Shown piece by piece: positions 1-12,765 of a DNA stretch of 64,000 nt. Each line of letters begins with the position of its first letter. The stretch's first letter is position 1. The notes beneath the pieces were generated by a model, which was given only the letters and a program-made list of their open reading frames with translations, was not told the DNA's origin and did not search any database. The stretch is from Chiloscyllium plagiosum (lineage: Eukaryota), in assembly GCF_004010195.1 (NCBI RefSeq), contig NC_057755.1:1105306-1169305 (forward strand), in the 5' to 3' direction. Both the position numbers and the translations under genes were made by a program.

Positions 1-65
1 AATTTCTTGACTGATTTGCGAATTTCCCCTTTCACAAAATCAATCCTTTTTCTCCTGGTAATGAT

Positions 66-286
66 TGTCATGAAGTTGGGGAGCTGGATCTGATTGGATA
101 TGAAATCCCTGATTGGGGCTGTTAATTTGGGCCAGTCAGTGAGACCTGGCTGATTGTTAAAGGTGAATTTCAGGGATATTGAGATGCTGAATACCTAACT
201 CAGTGACAGGCCACTGTCAACGGCGCTGCATTTGTAAATAAAAGGTGATTAATGGCAGGTCGCCAGACTCTGAAGGATTGGTGCCA
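66..286 (+). mobile_element. Short solo LTR-like element
   Basis: Begins TG (tgtcatg) and ends CA; repeated gattgg (CCAAT) boxes; aataaa near the 3' end (~237-242); no clean TSD. Confidence 0.45.
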
Positions 287-1787
287 ATGTGGACCAGGAC
301 CATGGGCTCTTCACTTTCCAACTCCCACCCCTTTCCAACCCACAGTCCACCTCTCCACAAAAATGTGCTGAGGTTTTTCTATGACGTTCTCGATCCTAGG
401 CACTGAGACAAAATACCATTCTGGACTTCATCAAGTCAGGACTAATGGTTCTGGAAGAGTCAATCAGTCATTTTAGGTCTGTCCACTGCTGTCATTTGAT
501 GTTAACACAGCACCAAACTGACTTTATAAATCTGGAAAAACAAAAAAAAGATGAGTTGGGAATCCATGTCTATTTGAGTGCAATATCGATTGACCAGAAT
601 GATAGCTGGACAGCAAGGGTTCAATGATAAGGAAGTTAAATGACATAAACCCAGGGTTGAATTCCCCTATTTAGAACGGTCTTAGAAGAGTAGAATTTTC
701 AAGAGAATATTGGAAACTACTGGCAGTGAATTGGCGGAAACGTTTCTTGTTGCTGCTTAACTTGGATCTAGGATGACCATCTAAATGATTTGCGATAGTC
801 TGAAATCTTTCCAAGACTGCAATGAATGAAAAATGCCTCACATTTCTCCACATTATATTGCACAGAGTATTTTGTGTTCATTCACTCATTGAACCTGTCC
901 TTCCCCTTCTCAGCGATCCTATGTCCTCCTTGCCTTTTACTGTATCACCTCACATTGTGTTATCCACAAACATCACACATGATCCCATCATTGATGGAGA
1001 TTATAAATGGCTGTGTCTGGAGAAGCGATCCTTGTGGTATTAACTAATATCAGCACGACAACATGAAAATGAAACATTTATTCCTATGCTCTGTTTGCTA
1101 TCCTTTATCATGTATCACACCAAGTCCCATTTCCCATCATCGCAGGCCTCATTGACAACATTGATTCCCACTCAAACATTTCCACAGTTCGCCATTTCTG
1201 CATTCTTGTAGGTGCACAACTCCCTCCCTAGCCTCACTCCACCATTTCGCTGGAAGCTGTTCCGTCCCATCAACAGTCAGATGTTTTCGGTTTCTTCTCT
1301 GTACATGTGCAGTACACTGCAGGGAACAGAGAATAGCTCATCCTGTGTGCTGCTACACAGATCGTGTGTGTCTCAGTGTCAGCTCTGAAACATGTACAGG
1401 ACACTTTAATCCTGAGTGGAGAATCTGTATTGATTGGAGCTTATGTAATTTTTGAGTGTATTTTTCAGTGTGTTAGTTTACTTGTTTCAATTATTGCCTG
1501 AATTGGTGAAGTTATATTCGATTCAGAAGTTTTATTCATATAGGGTGAGAAATTCTACTTGGATGTTTGATTTACTAAAACCTATAATGCGTTGTCTCCA
1601 TTAGTCAACTATCATCACTTTACCGAACAGCCACGGATACTACATCCCAGTGTTGAGGAGAACATTTCTCAGAGACACAATTAACAACCGAAATTTAATT
1701 TGCAAATGGACAAAAGCAAGGGAAGGAGGACACTGAAATAAAATGAGATTTTAATGTTGGATAGATGGTGTTAATGCTGGTATGTAG

Positions 1788-1930
1788 GGTGGCACAGTAG
1801 CTCAATGGCGAGCCTTGCCGCCTCACAGGGCCAGCGCATTGGTTTGGGTGGGATGCCATTTGCAGGGTCGCTATGGACTCGATGGGCTAATTGGCTTGCT
1901 TCCTACATTGGAAGTATTCTATGATTTTAT
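1788..1930 (+). mobile_element. Degenerate, internally deleted HE1/V-SINE
   Basis: Head ggtggcacagtagctcaatggcgagccttgccgcctcacag and tail ggactcgatgggctaa...attctatgatt resemble the SINE at 39100. Confidence 0.55.
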
Positions 1931-2129
1931 CCCACACGTATTTTCCAATGTTTGCTGTTGACCGATTGAGATTTGTGTCATCCAATAAATGTCAGTTCTA
2001 AAAATACTCTGTGACAACTGTCACTTATTTGTGCAAAGGTTTAAATAAATCAATTGAACCACATTGTAATGTACCTGTCAGCAGGCATAAATAAAAGGCT
2101 TTGAGTATGTATCACATCGGCATTGAGTA

Positions 2130-2231
2130 CAGAGAAATTTCCTGCACAAAGAGACTCAGATTTAAAAAAAACCTTCTCATTTGATCATGTGCGGACAATA
2201 TTATACACGACTGTAACAATTCCTGATAAGT
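2130..2231 (+). pseudogene. Remnant of GPCR exon 1 (copy A), splice donor mutated
   Basis: Reads HVRTILYTTVTIP-G then ataagt; homologous to the 5541 copy (TIP-G|gtaagt) and to intact exon 1 (VEKVYETILAVVGVP-G|gtaagt); TATA-like cataaataaaagg at 2086-2098; no in-frame ATG. Confidence 0.5.
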
Positions 2232-5200
2232 GCCGGGCAATATTGAATTTATGTGAATCTCTCTAAGGGTTCTCTGCGGGTTCACTCTGCCACTGACAAT
2301 GGTCTATGGCATGTGTGCAAAAGTCACACAATGGCAGACGATCGGTAATTTAGTCTCAGATTGCAGACACCCTCTGGAAACTCCATCACCACAGATTCCG
2401 CAGGAACTGCCTGGGAAATTATTCATCTCTACTTCATTCGGGGACGACGGAGAGTTTTGGTGTAATTAAGAAAATGATTCACTTTGAAAGAAAATATATA
2501 AGCGGTGGAATTTTTATGCAGAGAGTGCAGAATCATCTGGTTTGAGTTTGTTTCTGGTTTTCTTGAGTGAATGAACAGTGGGCTTTTCTGTGCATCTGAA
2601 GTTAACGGTTAACTTGGATTATTTCTGTAATCACAGCAATTTGTTACTAAAATTGCTTTTGACGTTTGGCTGTAAGTTTAATGGCTGTGTGCACGAGTGA
2701 ACCTTTGTTTATTTTTGATGCTTGCAATCCAGCATGGTTTTAATGGAGTCTGAAAGATTTATTAGACGGTTCTGGAATTTGCGATTAAGGAAGAAACCCT
2801 TAAATTAGATTTGATTCCCTACAGTGTGGAAATTAGAAAGCTTTACTTTCACTTTTATCACTATTGACATTTCGCTTAGTTCCAGGAAGATCTGTACTCA
2901 TGTGAAGGAAATGACAGTTTTAGTAAATCACGTTGTCTTGGAATGAAAATGTTGTGTTGGTCCCAGACAGAAGTGTTGTTTCAAAAAAGAAGCTCCGTAG
3001 AGGTTGTTTAAATCTGAGTACGTTGACACTCACGTGTGTGGTAGTTCCAGGAATAAATGTATTGCAGTTCCAGTTTAGAAGTGGCAGTCACAAGTCATTT
3101 ATCCAAGTGATAGATACAGGGATTCTGACGTCAATGTTACATGAGGCTTGTTTTCTTTGGAACGGCACTGGAAGTCGTGTTTTGTATGAAATATAAAAGT
3201 CGTGTCCTTTGTTTCATTTATCCATTGTTTTGAAGTTAATGAGAATTATACATTTACTGCGTGTTCATTGCATTTGAATCTGCATTATAAGTATGAAGTT
3301 TCGTTTATTCTATTTTATTATCATTTTATTTTGTAATAAACTTCTGTTTTGTTGTGGAAACAATATTTGCAGCATTGAGTGTTTATGATTCAGCAAGAGA
3401 TCACGTTGTTAAATCAAAACTAATAAGGTTATGATCCATCAAGCTGGATTTCTGTCGAGGATCTGGCTTGTACTGCAAATAATCAGCTGATATCAGAACA
3501 AAAGTGAGGCGATTAAACACTGACACTATCTCCCGAGGAACTGATAAACTAACCCCACACTTCAAATAGATTTCACCCCAACTATATCAGTCCAGATCCA
3601 CATATGCCCAAGACCCTGATCAGACATCCACACTGAAATGTAATTCTATATTACACCTCCCAAAGTTACTACGCTCTGACTCTGCATCTAAGTCTACGTA
3701 AAATAAATTTCCTCAGGCCTGCCAGACGTGTAACACTGAAACTCAATGAGACACTGAGTGCCTCATTGCAACAGTTTAGTGCAAAGCACTGGTCATCACC
3801 GAGCAGTGAGGGCAGAATTACTCTGAGCAGAGTAACGAAGAGATTTACAAACATGTTGTCAACGTGTGGAAATTACTGCAGCAGTGAGGAAAGATGGATA
3901 GGGTACGGGTCATTTCCATTGAACAGAGTTGGAATGAGAGTTGATTGAGATGCACAAAATAATCAGGGTCTTCAATAGAGACTTGTCTCCCCGAATAGAA
4001 GAACATTTGCCAGGAGACACAGAGTGATAAAAAAATGTTGGAAGGATTATCGAGGACATGAGGCCTACCATTTCATTGAGAAGATGATGGTGTGTCTTGA
4101 ATTCACTGCCCAGTTTGGTTGGTGGCTTGAGGTGACCGCCCTTACCCATGTAAAGGGAACTTGGATCTGCCCCTGAGATGTAGAAACCTTCAACACTGTG
4201 GGCTAGGTGATAGAAAGTAGGATAAGAACAGGTAGCTACTTTATTCAGTTGATGCAGACATGAATGACCTCTTTCAGTGAAATAGCTTTCGTGCAGTTCT
4301 ATGGGTTAGTACAAAGACTGTGGAGTGTTAAATTGAATTCAGATGGTAGGTTAAATGGTCTGCTTCTGTCATGTCCGTTTCCACCACTGGAACACTGTGG
4401 ATTGTCAAATTGAATTCCAGAGGGCTGTGACTACCTTCAGTTGTTCCCTAAAGAAATGTTTGTATCTTCATAATTTTTAAAATGCATAAAGGAATTTTAC
4501 ATGTGGAGTAGGAATATTAACTAAGTTTAGAACATAGGAATTTATCAATGCATTAGTTTAAAATTGTTCAGCTTGTTTACTTATTCTCATTACAAAAAAC
4601 AATTATTTTTGAAAGAGCATTGTTTAATTTTATATTTTCTATTAACTGCTGAGTATTCAGAATGTCACTCTGAATATAAATTCCCCCTGAAATGATCAGA
4701 ACACAACAGAGTCAGAGAGAACAGAATTTGATCAGATCATATGTTATTATAAAATGGATTGGAGCTTTCATATTCAGTAATTGCAGTACTGAATTGTCTG
4801 CTTTGATTTGCATTGCGTAGTTTATTCATGAAATATCAACAAGCATATTCAAAACAATTTGTGTCTGTTAATGCAGAGAATGCAATAAAACGAAGTCACA
4901 TTTGTTGTTTACATTTTTGCTGACTGAATTTACAAGCAAAATTAGAACATTTGCTAGCATAGCAAGGAATTTTAAACTTTCTGAAACTAAGTATGAGGGA
5001 GTCAGTGAGATAACAGATCATCAGTTTATCATCACAGGCTTAGGTTGTGGTTTGTACTGGTAATAATGAAACAAAACTTTCTCAGCTCTGCTCGCATTGT
5101 CCATCAAATAATTACATCTACTCAAGTGCAACCACTCATGTTTTTGTAAAATAGTGACCAGACAATTCTATAAATTCCTAACTGGAAACGGGAAAAGTTT

Positions 5201-5540
5201 GTGGTTTTAAGAGTTGCTTCTTTTTTGAGGTATTTTAGACGTCAGAGCTGACTTCCAGAAAATACTGGAAGAGTAATTATTGTTTTATAAGATGGTGCAT
5301 TGTTTTGGAAGTATGGGGAAAAGAAAAACCAAACCACCACATTTTAAGAAAAGATGGAAACTGTGTGGGAGAGTTCACAGCACAGGAGCAGAAAAGTGAA
5401 TAGTTTTTAAGTGTAATCTTGCTGATATTTTTGGGGATCTGCAATAGCGAGTGAATTGGTTTCTTTATGGTTATAGGTTTTATTGAGTTCTGTCACTTGG
5501 TTAAAATGTCAAAATATAAAGATCGGCACTAAGTTAGCCT
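2215..5540 (+). repeat. Segmental repeat copy A (paralogous GPCR intron 5' part)
   Basis: Colinear, diverged similarity to 5550-9540, e.g. 2600 ctgaagttaacggttaacttggattatttctgtaa vs 6883 ctgaagtttatagttaacttggaagtatttctgtaa; 3430 atgatccatcaagctgg vs 7713 gtgatccatcaagctga. Confidence 0.85.
3700..4310 (+). mobile_element. Old CR1 LINE 3' fragment (paralogous copy at ~8000-8570)
   Basis: Decayed RT C-terminal motifs (xWSxP, KRFTNML) and a CR1-like 3' UTR. Confidence 0.55.
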
Positions 5541-5565
5541 CTTATTGGAACAATTCCTGGTAAGT
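5541..5565 (+). pseudogene. 3' remnant of GPCR exon 1 (copy B) with intact donor
   Basis: ctt att gga aca att cct g|gtaagt (LIGTIP, phase-1 donor at 5560), fused directly to a truncated CR1 5'UTR. Confidence 0.5.
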
Positions 5566-8500
5566 ACCTTGAAGAATTGAATTTGTGTGAATCTGTCTGA
5601 GAATTATCTGTACTTAAACTCTGAAATTAACATTGATACATTGCATGTTGAGGCCACCGTCACACAGCAGCAACCGATAAATGATTTAGTCTCACACTAT
5701 GGAGACTTTTTGGACAACCTATCTTGGCAGATTCTGAAATAATTGCGTGAGAAGCTGAACTTTCCATTCATAATTATTCATCTCTTCTTGGAACCTTTCA
5801 GAAATCCCTATTTCAACTGGCGATCACAGAAAGTTTTGACAGAATTAAGGAATGTAATTGTGTCTATGTCGTTTAAAGGTCGAACTCATGCATAAGTCGA
5901 ACCCTTACTTTTAGCCAAAAATTCTTGTATTCTTCATATATACTCAGGTCTACGTAAACCCTATTACATTGCATTATAAACCTCTCACAAAAGAAACTGC
6001 ATGCTTTCATAGACTTTGTTTAATGTTTCATTAAACAAAATCGCATTCATTCATGACTGGAACTCTATTCATCACTCCTTGTTTGTGATGTTGTGATTCA
6101 TTCATTCATTCACTCATCCATAACTCTACTTACTGCACTTGGTTTACTACAGCATTGTTTTATTCATTCATTCATTTAGAAAGGTATTAAGTCTATCGAT
6201 ACTTATCACACTTGGTTTGCTATACATCCAAAGGTTAATATCGTTAAAAAAATGTTCATTATTTTAATATTGTCATTGTTTCTGAATATAAGTGAGATAC
6301 ATTCGCTATATGCCGGTGTATCTTTAATTTGTTGACAAATTTGCTAATGTTGTTGACGTTCCTCACATATGAGAGTAAATGTAAATGAAATAGAAGAACT
6401 TGGCAGAAAAGTTCATGGCGCTTACACATTCAAAATTAAGTGAATGTTTCATTTTAACTGCACCATTATACCAGGCCATGAGCATATTAAATAGTGTGAT
6501 TTTACAGAAGTTCAATTAATCTTTGAAATGTTAAATATTCGTACTGGTCTCTTGCTTTTATGTGGTAATTACCTTTACCGTAATTCATTGCATTTTTCTT
6601 CTTTACCCGGGATTAGTTGTGCCATCAAATCACTTTTGATGATAATACGGTACATCTAACTGTAACAGAAATTTCAGCCCCTCAAAGCTTGTGCCCATCA
6701 ATTCGTCGATCCTCTAAATTGAACTTTTAAAAATAGTCTGAAACATTCAACCAATATATAAGTATATACGATAGTCACTTTTCAAAAATATGAACGATGG
6801 TATTTTATGAAGAGAGTGCAATAACATGCTGGGCGAGTTGGTTTTGGTTTTTGAGTAAATAAGTGGCGGGGTTCACTGTACTTCTGAAGTTTATAGTTAA
6901 CTTGGAAGTATTTCTGTAACTACAGCAGTTTTTTTAAAAAGAACTGCTGTTGAAGTCTGGCTGTAGGCTGAATGGTTTTGTGCAAGAATGAACTGTTCTT
7001 CATTTTTTTACAGGTTGCAACCCAGCATTGTATTAAAGGAGTTTCAAAGATTTGTTGGAGACTTTTGAAATTTGAGAGTGAGGAAAAAAAATTGACCGAG
7101 AAACTTATAGTTTCAGTTTTATCATTTTTGTCATTTCTTTTCGTCCTTTTAAGACTTGGTACTGAGTGTCTGTATCGATCTGTGCTGATGAGAAGTGAAT
7201 GAGCGAGTTCGTCAATCACATTACCTTGGAGTGAACATGTTGTGTTGATCCCAAACTGAAGTGTTTGGATTTTTTTTTTAAAAGCTCTGAAGTGAATACT
7301 TACAGCCGAGTATATTGACCCGAAGCTGTGTGGTAGCTCCTGGAAGAAATTTACTGCAGTTCCAGTTTAAAACTAGCTGTCACAATTGTATACATAAATG
7401 TTCGATACAGAGAATCTGGTGTGAATTTTACACAGTGTGCATTTTCTTTGGAATGGCACTGGGAGTGGTGTAATACCTAAAAGTCATTTTATTTCATTTC
7501 GTTTAACATTGTTTTGAGATTAATGAGATTATACATTTACTCCGTGTTCAATGTCTTTGAGTCTGTGTTATAAGTATATCGTTTGACTTATTCTATTTTA
7601 TCATCATTTGGTTTGTAACAAACTTCCGTCTTGTTATGGAAGCAATACTTGCAGCTTTTTGTATTTACAGTTCAGCAAGAGATCACTTTGTTAGAACAAA
7701 AGAAATAAGCTTGTGATCCATCAAGCTGAATTTCTGTCTGGGGTTTGACTTATTCTGGAATTAATCACCTGGTATCGGAACAGACGTGAGGCTATGAAAC
7801 AAATAGTCTAACAGCTGAGAAACTAATAAACTAACCCCTCACTTCAACCAGACTTCGCCCAACTATACTCTTTGAGATTCATTATATGCCTCAGACCGTG
7901 ATCTAAAATCTACACTGAGATGTAATTCAATATTATACCTCCAACATTTACTCCTCTTTCACACTGCACCAGACCCGACTCAGAACCTTCCCTCATTCCC
8001 TGCCAGACCTGTAATAATAGAACTACATGAGACACTAGATGGCTCAAAGCTGTGGTTTTGTGCACAGTACTGGTCATCACCTCATAGTAAGGACAGTTTT
8101 TCTCTGAGGAGAGACTAAAAGGGATTTATAAGAATGTTGCCAGTGTGTGGAAATTCCTGTAGTATCGAAGAAAGATGGATAAGGTCATTTTGTCTTGAAC
8201 AGAGCAGAATGAGAGGTGATGTGATTGAGGTATCCACACTATTCAGGGTCTTGAATGGAGACTTGCAACACAGAACTCAGGATACCTTTACCAGGAGACA
8301 GAGTGAAAAAAGTTGATGGAAGGATTATAAGGGACATGAAGACGAAGCCTTTTATTCATTGTGTGTCCGGAATTCACTTCCAATTTTGGTTTGTGTGTGA
8401 GGCAAAGCAGAACACATTTAAAGGGAACCTGAATCTGCACCTGAAATGAGGTAACCTTCAAAACCTGTGGGCCAGGTGTTGGAAAGTCGGATCAGAACAG

Positions 8501-9540
8501 GAGCTAGTTTATTCAATTGATGGAGACATGAATAAGCGCTTTCAGTTCCTTAACTTTCCTGCAGTTCTACGGGATTCCAGAAAGACTGAGGAGTGTTAAA
8601 CTGAATTCATTTGGTGGGCTGAATGGCCTATTTCTGTGTTTTACGTTTCCAGCAAGTATCATTGGAACATTGTGCAGAGGTAAAGTGCATTCCAGAGGGT
8701 TGTGACTACCCTTCGGTTTTCCCCTGAAGAAATGTCTGCAGATTCATTTTTTTTTTATCATGCACAAAGTAATTGTTACAGGGACAAATAATTGTAACGA
8801 AGATTGGAGCATGCAAATTTATGAATTTGATCATTAGATTAATATTGCTAATTTGCTAAATCACTGTCATCATAAAATGTAAAGTCTTTCTTTTAAAGAA
8901 GGGAAGTGAAGTATTTTACTATGAACTTCTGTATATTTAGATGATCAGTTCCAAGATTAGTTGCCCCTGACATAATCAGAACACAACAGAGAGTTGTACA
9001 TGTATTGCAGCAGCCATGTTCAATAATTGACCTGTTCAGTTTTGAAGTATGTAGTTTATTCATAAAATATCAATGAGCACATTAAAAAGAATTATTTGAG
9101 TCAGACAGTGTAGAGATTGCAGTAGAAATGTCACATTTCCCTATTTTAATTTTGCATTCGAACAACAGCTCTTTGAAAAGGTGGAAGAGACACAAAGGCA
9201 GGCACCACATGCTCAGGGACAGAGAGAGAAAGAAACATACACTCCTGTCTGACGCAGCAGTGCTGCACAGCTGCTGCCTTTGCTGTCTGAGTTCATGCAT
9301 TTCTGGGCATCAGAGTGCACCTGGGAAAAAGGAACAAACAGCTGAGCTTAAAGGAATCTATGTGGGAGAGCTCACAGCACGGGAGCAGATAAGAGCATAG
9401 TTTTTAAATTTTATCTTACTGACTTCTTTTTTTGTAAGTCTACAGTAGTTAGTAGGGTGAGCTTTCTTTGGTTGTATGTTTATTGATATACGTCTCTTGA
9501 CTAAAATTTTAAAATATAAAACACAGGCACTAAGTTAGCC
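5550..9540 (+). repeat. Segmental repeat copy B (carries an extra ~900 bp insertion)
   Basis: Same order of old LTR-like, CR1 3' and CR1 5'UTR fragments as copy A; continues into the CR1 at 9300. Confidence 0.85.
5865..6775. mobile_element. Decayed non-autonomous DNA transposon (Tc1/mariner, pogo/Tc2-like)
   Basis: Present in copy B and absent from copy A; ends resemble Tc2/pogo-type termini (gtcgaactcatgcataagtcgaaccc ... agtatatacgata); AT-rich; no ORF. Confidence 0.45.
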
Positions 9541-10949
9541 TGGAATAGTGTGTTTTAGAGCGGTAGTACTCTATAATTTTCTGAGTCGAGAGATTGTTAA
9601 GGTGTAAAGAACATCCTTCATAGAGTGATCAGCCTTTCCTGTCAGATGCGGGAGATTCAGGAGAGTTTCCAAATGACTGATGATTAAGTGTGTTTGCCTA
9701 CGAATTCTATCAAATCGCATAAATCAACTGGAGCAGTAGTTAGAGACAATGAGGAAAATATACAGCTGGAGTGTGTGCTGGATATCAGCTACAGTAACAG
9801 AGAAAAGTCACAGATGCAGTTAGGTTAGCTCCAGAAAAGATAGGGGAGGAAGGCAGGTCGTGCATGAGTCTTTTGTTGATATCACCATCTCAAACAAGTA
9901 TGCTGTTTTTGAAAATTTAAGGGGTGGTAGACTCTCAGGGGAATGTAGCATGAATAACCAGGTTTCATGTACCGAAACTGGCTCGAATGTAACGAGGGGT
10001 ACGTCAGGTTCCAAACAATCAGATGTGATTGGGAACTTTCTAGTCAGAGGCATAGACAGAAGTTTCTGCGGCCGACAGCGAGAAATTAGAATGGAGCGTT
10101 GTCTCCATGGTGAAGGGGGCAAGGATCTCTCAGAGAGAGCGTAGAATATTCTCAAATGAGAGTGCGACCAGCAGGAAGTTTTTGTACACATTGGCACTAA
10201 TGACACTGGAAAAAAGGATGAGATTCTAAAGGAAGAATACTGAAAGTTAAGCAGGAATTCAAATGGATGTCTTCAAGGGTAGTAATACAGTATCTGGAAT
10301 ATTGGAATCTCTTCTGGGGTAGAAGTGACCGGTATAAGATGGACGGAATGCACCTAAATAGAAAAGGGACAAATTTACTGGCAGTAAGATTAACCAGAGT
10401 TGCTCAGGAAATTTTAAACCAATGAGGTCGGTGTAAGGGGCGTGGGGTTGGAGTGGTAGGGAGGGGTGAGTGGTCGCAGGGACCCTGGGAGACAGTGAGG
10501 AAAGAGATCAGTCTCAGATCGTTACTATTGGGAATAGGAGAAAGCCAAATAGTCATGACAGGCAGGAACAATCAAAGAACGAGGTAGGACTGATACATTA
10601 AATTGCATTTATTTCCATAAAACATGCCGAACAGGGAAGGCAGATGAACTGGGGGCATGGTTCGGAGCATGGGACTGGGATGTCATAGCAATTACACAGA
10701 TATGTTTCAGGTATTGACAGGACAGGAAGCTTGAAGATGTAGGATAGAAATCCTGTAGGAAAGGAAGAAAGGGAGACAAGAGAAGAGGGGGAGTTACGTT
10801 ATTTGATAAAGGATAACATAATGGATGCACGAAGAGAGAGTATTACTGGAAACACATCCAGGCAGGATGTTTGGGTGGAACTGAGAATGAATAGAGGGAT
10901 GATCACCTTATAGTGATTGTACTATTAAAAAAATCGCATAGTAAGTGGG
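9340..10949 (+). mobile_element. CR1 LINE 5' part: 5'UTR, ORF1 (SGNH esterase), start of ORF2 endonuclease; decayed
   Basis: ORF1 motifs ISNKYAVF, VIGNFLVRGIDRSFCG, VHIGTND; APE start GKADELGAW..WDWDVIAIT; many stops. Confidence 0.85.
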
Positions 10950-11388
10950 TAGTGGCCCAATGAAGACGGAGCCATGCTGTTCGGATGAAAGGTGCACGTC
11001 TGCTGAAACAAAATCTTCTCTTCCCAGTTTAAACGAGGCAAACGTAAAATAGGCGGAAAACAGAAGAGATTCAAAGGCGTTTTAAAAGCCAACATGAAGA
11101 AATGTAACATCGACATCAACAACTGGAAAACCAATACTAAGGACAGGTAAATCTGGCAATCCATCATCCGAGAAGGAGCAGCAACTTTCGAAACAACAGG
11201 TGTACAGAATTAGAAGAACATGGAAAGCGAGGCAGCAGCAACCAAAGTCAGATCTGCCATCTGGAACTCATTGGCCTTAATGCTTTCAAAGCCAAGATTG
11301 GACTCATCAACCAGTTGGGAACCCAGAAATAGATCAACGGAATGAAAACCATCATCCTTGACCTCGAGGGATAGCCAAGACGATGACG
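10950..11388 (+). mobile_element. RTE (BovB-like) LINE 3' end inserted in CR1
   Basis: Peptide resembling RLLKQ..SQFKRGKRKIGGKQKRFKGVLKANMKKCNIDINNW; flanked by a near-perfect 10-bp TSD agt(a/c)agtggg at 10940-10949 and 11389-11398. Confidence 0.75.
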
Positions 11389-11582
11389 AGTCAGTGGGAA
11401 ATTGAGAAACAAATTTGTAAGGATATCTCAGTCATCTGTAAGAATAATAGCTTTGTAATGGCAGGAGATTGCCACAGTGTTAAATTTTGAATGGAGAGGA
11501 ATTTTAACGTCTGTATATGAAAGTTTTCTCATTCAGTATGCGGGCATACCGACTAGAGAACGTACAGAACTTGACCTCTTGG
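11389..11582 (+). mobile_element. CR1 endonuclease domain, continuation of the outer element
   Basis: EIEKQICKDIS..CKNN..VMAGD and PTRE..LDL motifs. Confidence 0.75.
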
Positions 11583-12765
11583 AGTCATAGAGATGTACCG
11601 CATGGAACCAGACCCTTCAGTCCAACTTGTCCATGCCAAGCAGATATCCCAACCCAATCTATTGCCACCTGCCAGTACCCGACCCATATCCCTCCAAACC
11701 CTACCTATTCATATATACATCCAGATGCCTTTTAAATGTTGCAATTGCACCAGCCTCCACCACTTTCTCTGGCAGCTCATCCCATGTATGTGCCTCCCTC
11801 CACGTGAAAATGTTGCCCCTTAGGTCTCGTTTATATCTTTTCCCTCTCGCCCTAAACCTTTACACTCCAGTTCTGGACTCCCCCACTCCAGGGAAAAGAC
11901 TTCGTCTATTTATCCTATCCACGCCCCTTTTAAGATCATCCCTCAGCCTCCTACTCTCCAGGTAAAAAAAGCCCTCGTCAGTTCAATCTCTCCCTGTAGC
12001 TCAAATCCTCCATCCCTGCCAACATCTTTTCTGAAGTCTTTCAAGTTTCTGAACAACTTTCCGAAAGGAAGGAGGCCAGAATTGCACTGCAATATTCCAA
12101 ACAGTGGCCTAACCAATATCTTGTACAGCCGCCAGATGCCCTCCCAACTCATGTACTCAAAGGTCTGACCATAAAGGAAAGCACACCAAATACCACACTA
12201 TCCTATCTACCTGCGACTCCACTTTCATGGAGCTATGAACCTGCACTCCACGGTCTCTTTGTTCATCAACACTCCCTAGGATATTACCATTAACTGTGTA
12301 AGTCCTGTTAAGAGTTCTTCTCCCAAAATGCAGCACCTCACATTTATCTAAATCAAACTCTATCTGCCACTTCTCAGTCCATTGGCTCATCTAATTCAGA
12401 TCACGTTGCAATCTGAGGTAACCTCCTTCACTGTCCACAACACCTCCAATTTTGTTGTCATCTGCAAACTTAATAAGTACACTTCTTATGCTCACGTCCA
12501 AATCATTTATATAAATGATGAAAAGTAGTGGACCCAGTGCCGAACCTTGTGGCATTCCACTGGTGACAGGTCTCCAGTCTGAAAATAATCCTCCACTACC
12601 ACCCTCTGTCTTCTACCTTTGAGCTAGTTCTGTATCGAAATGGCTAGTTCACCCTGTATTCCTTGAGGTTTTAGCTTGTTAACCAATCTCCCGTGTGGAA
12701 CATTGTCGAACACCTTACGAAAGTCCAAAAAAGGTCACGTCCACAGCTCAACACACATCAATCCT
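11583..12765 (-). mobile_element. CR1 LINE 3' end (RT C-terminus and UTR), nested
   Basis: Minus-strand motifs WTEKWQIEFDLDKCEVLHFG and LYKILVRP; ctctatga tail at 11583; continues at 17697-18240. Confidence 0.9.
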
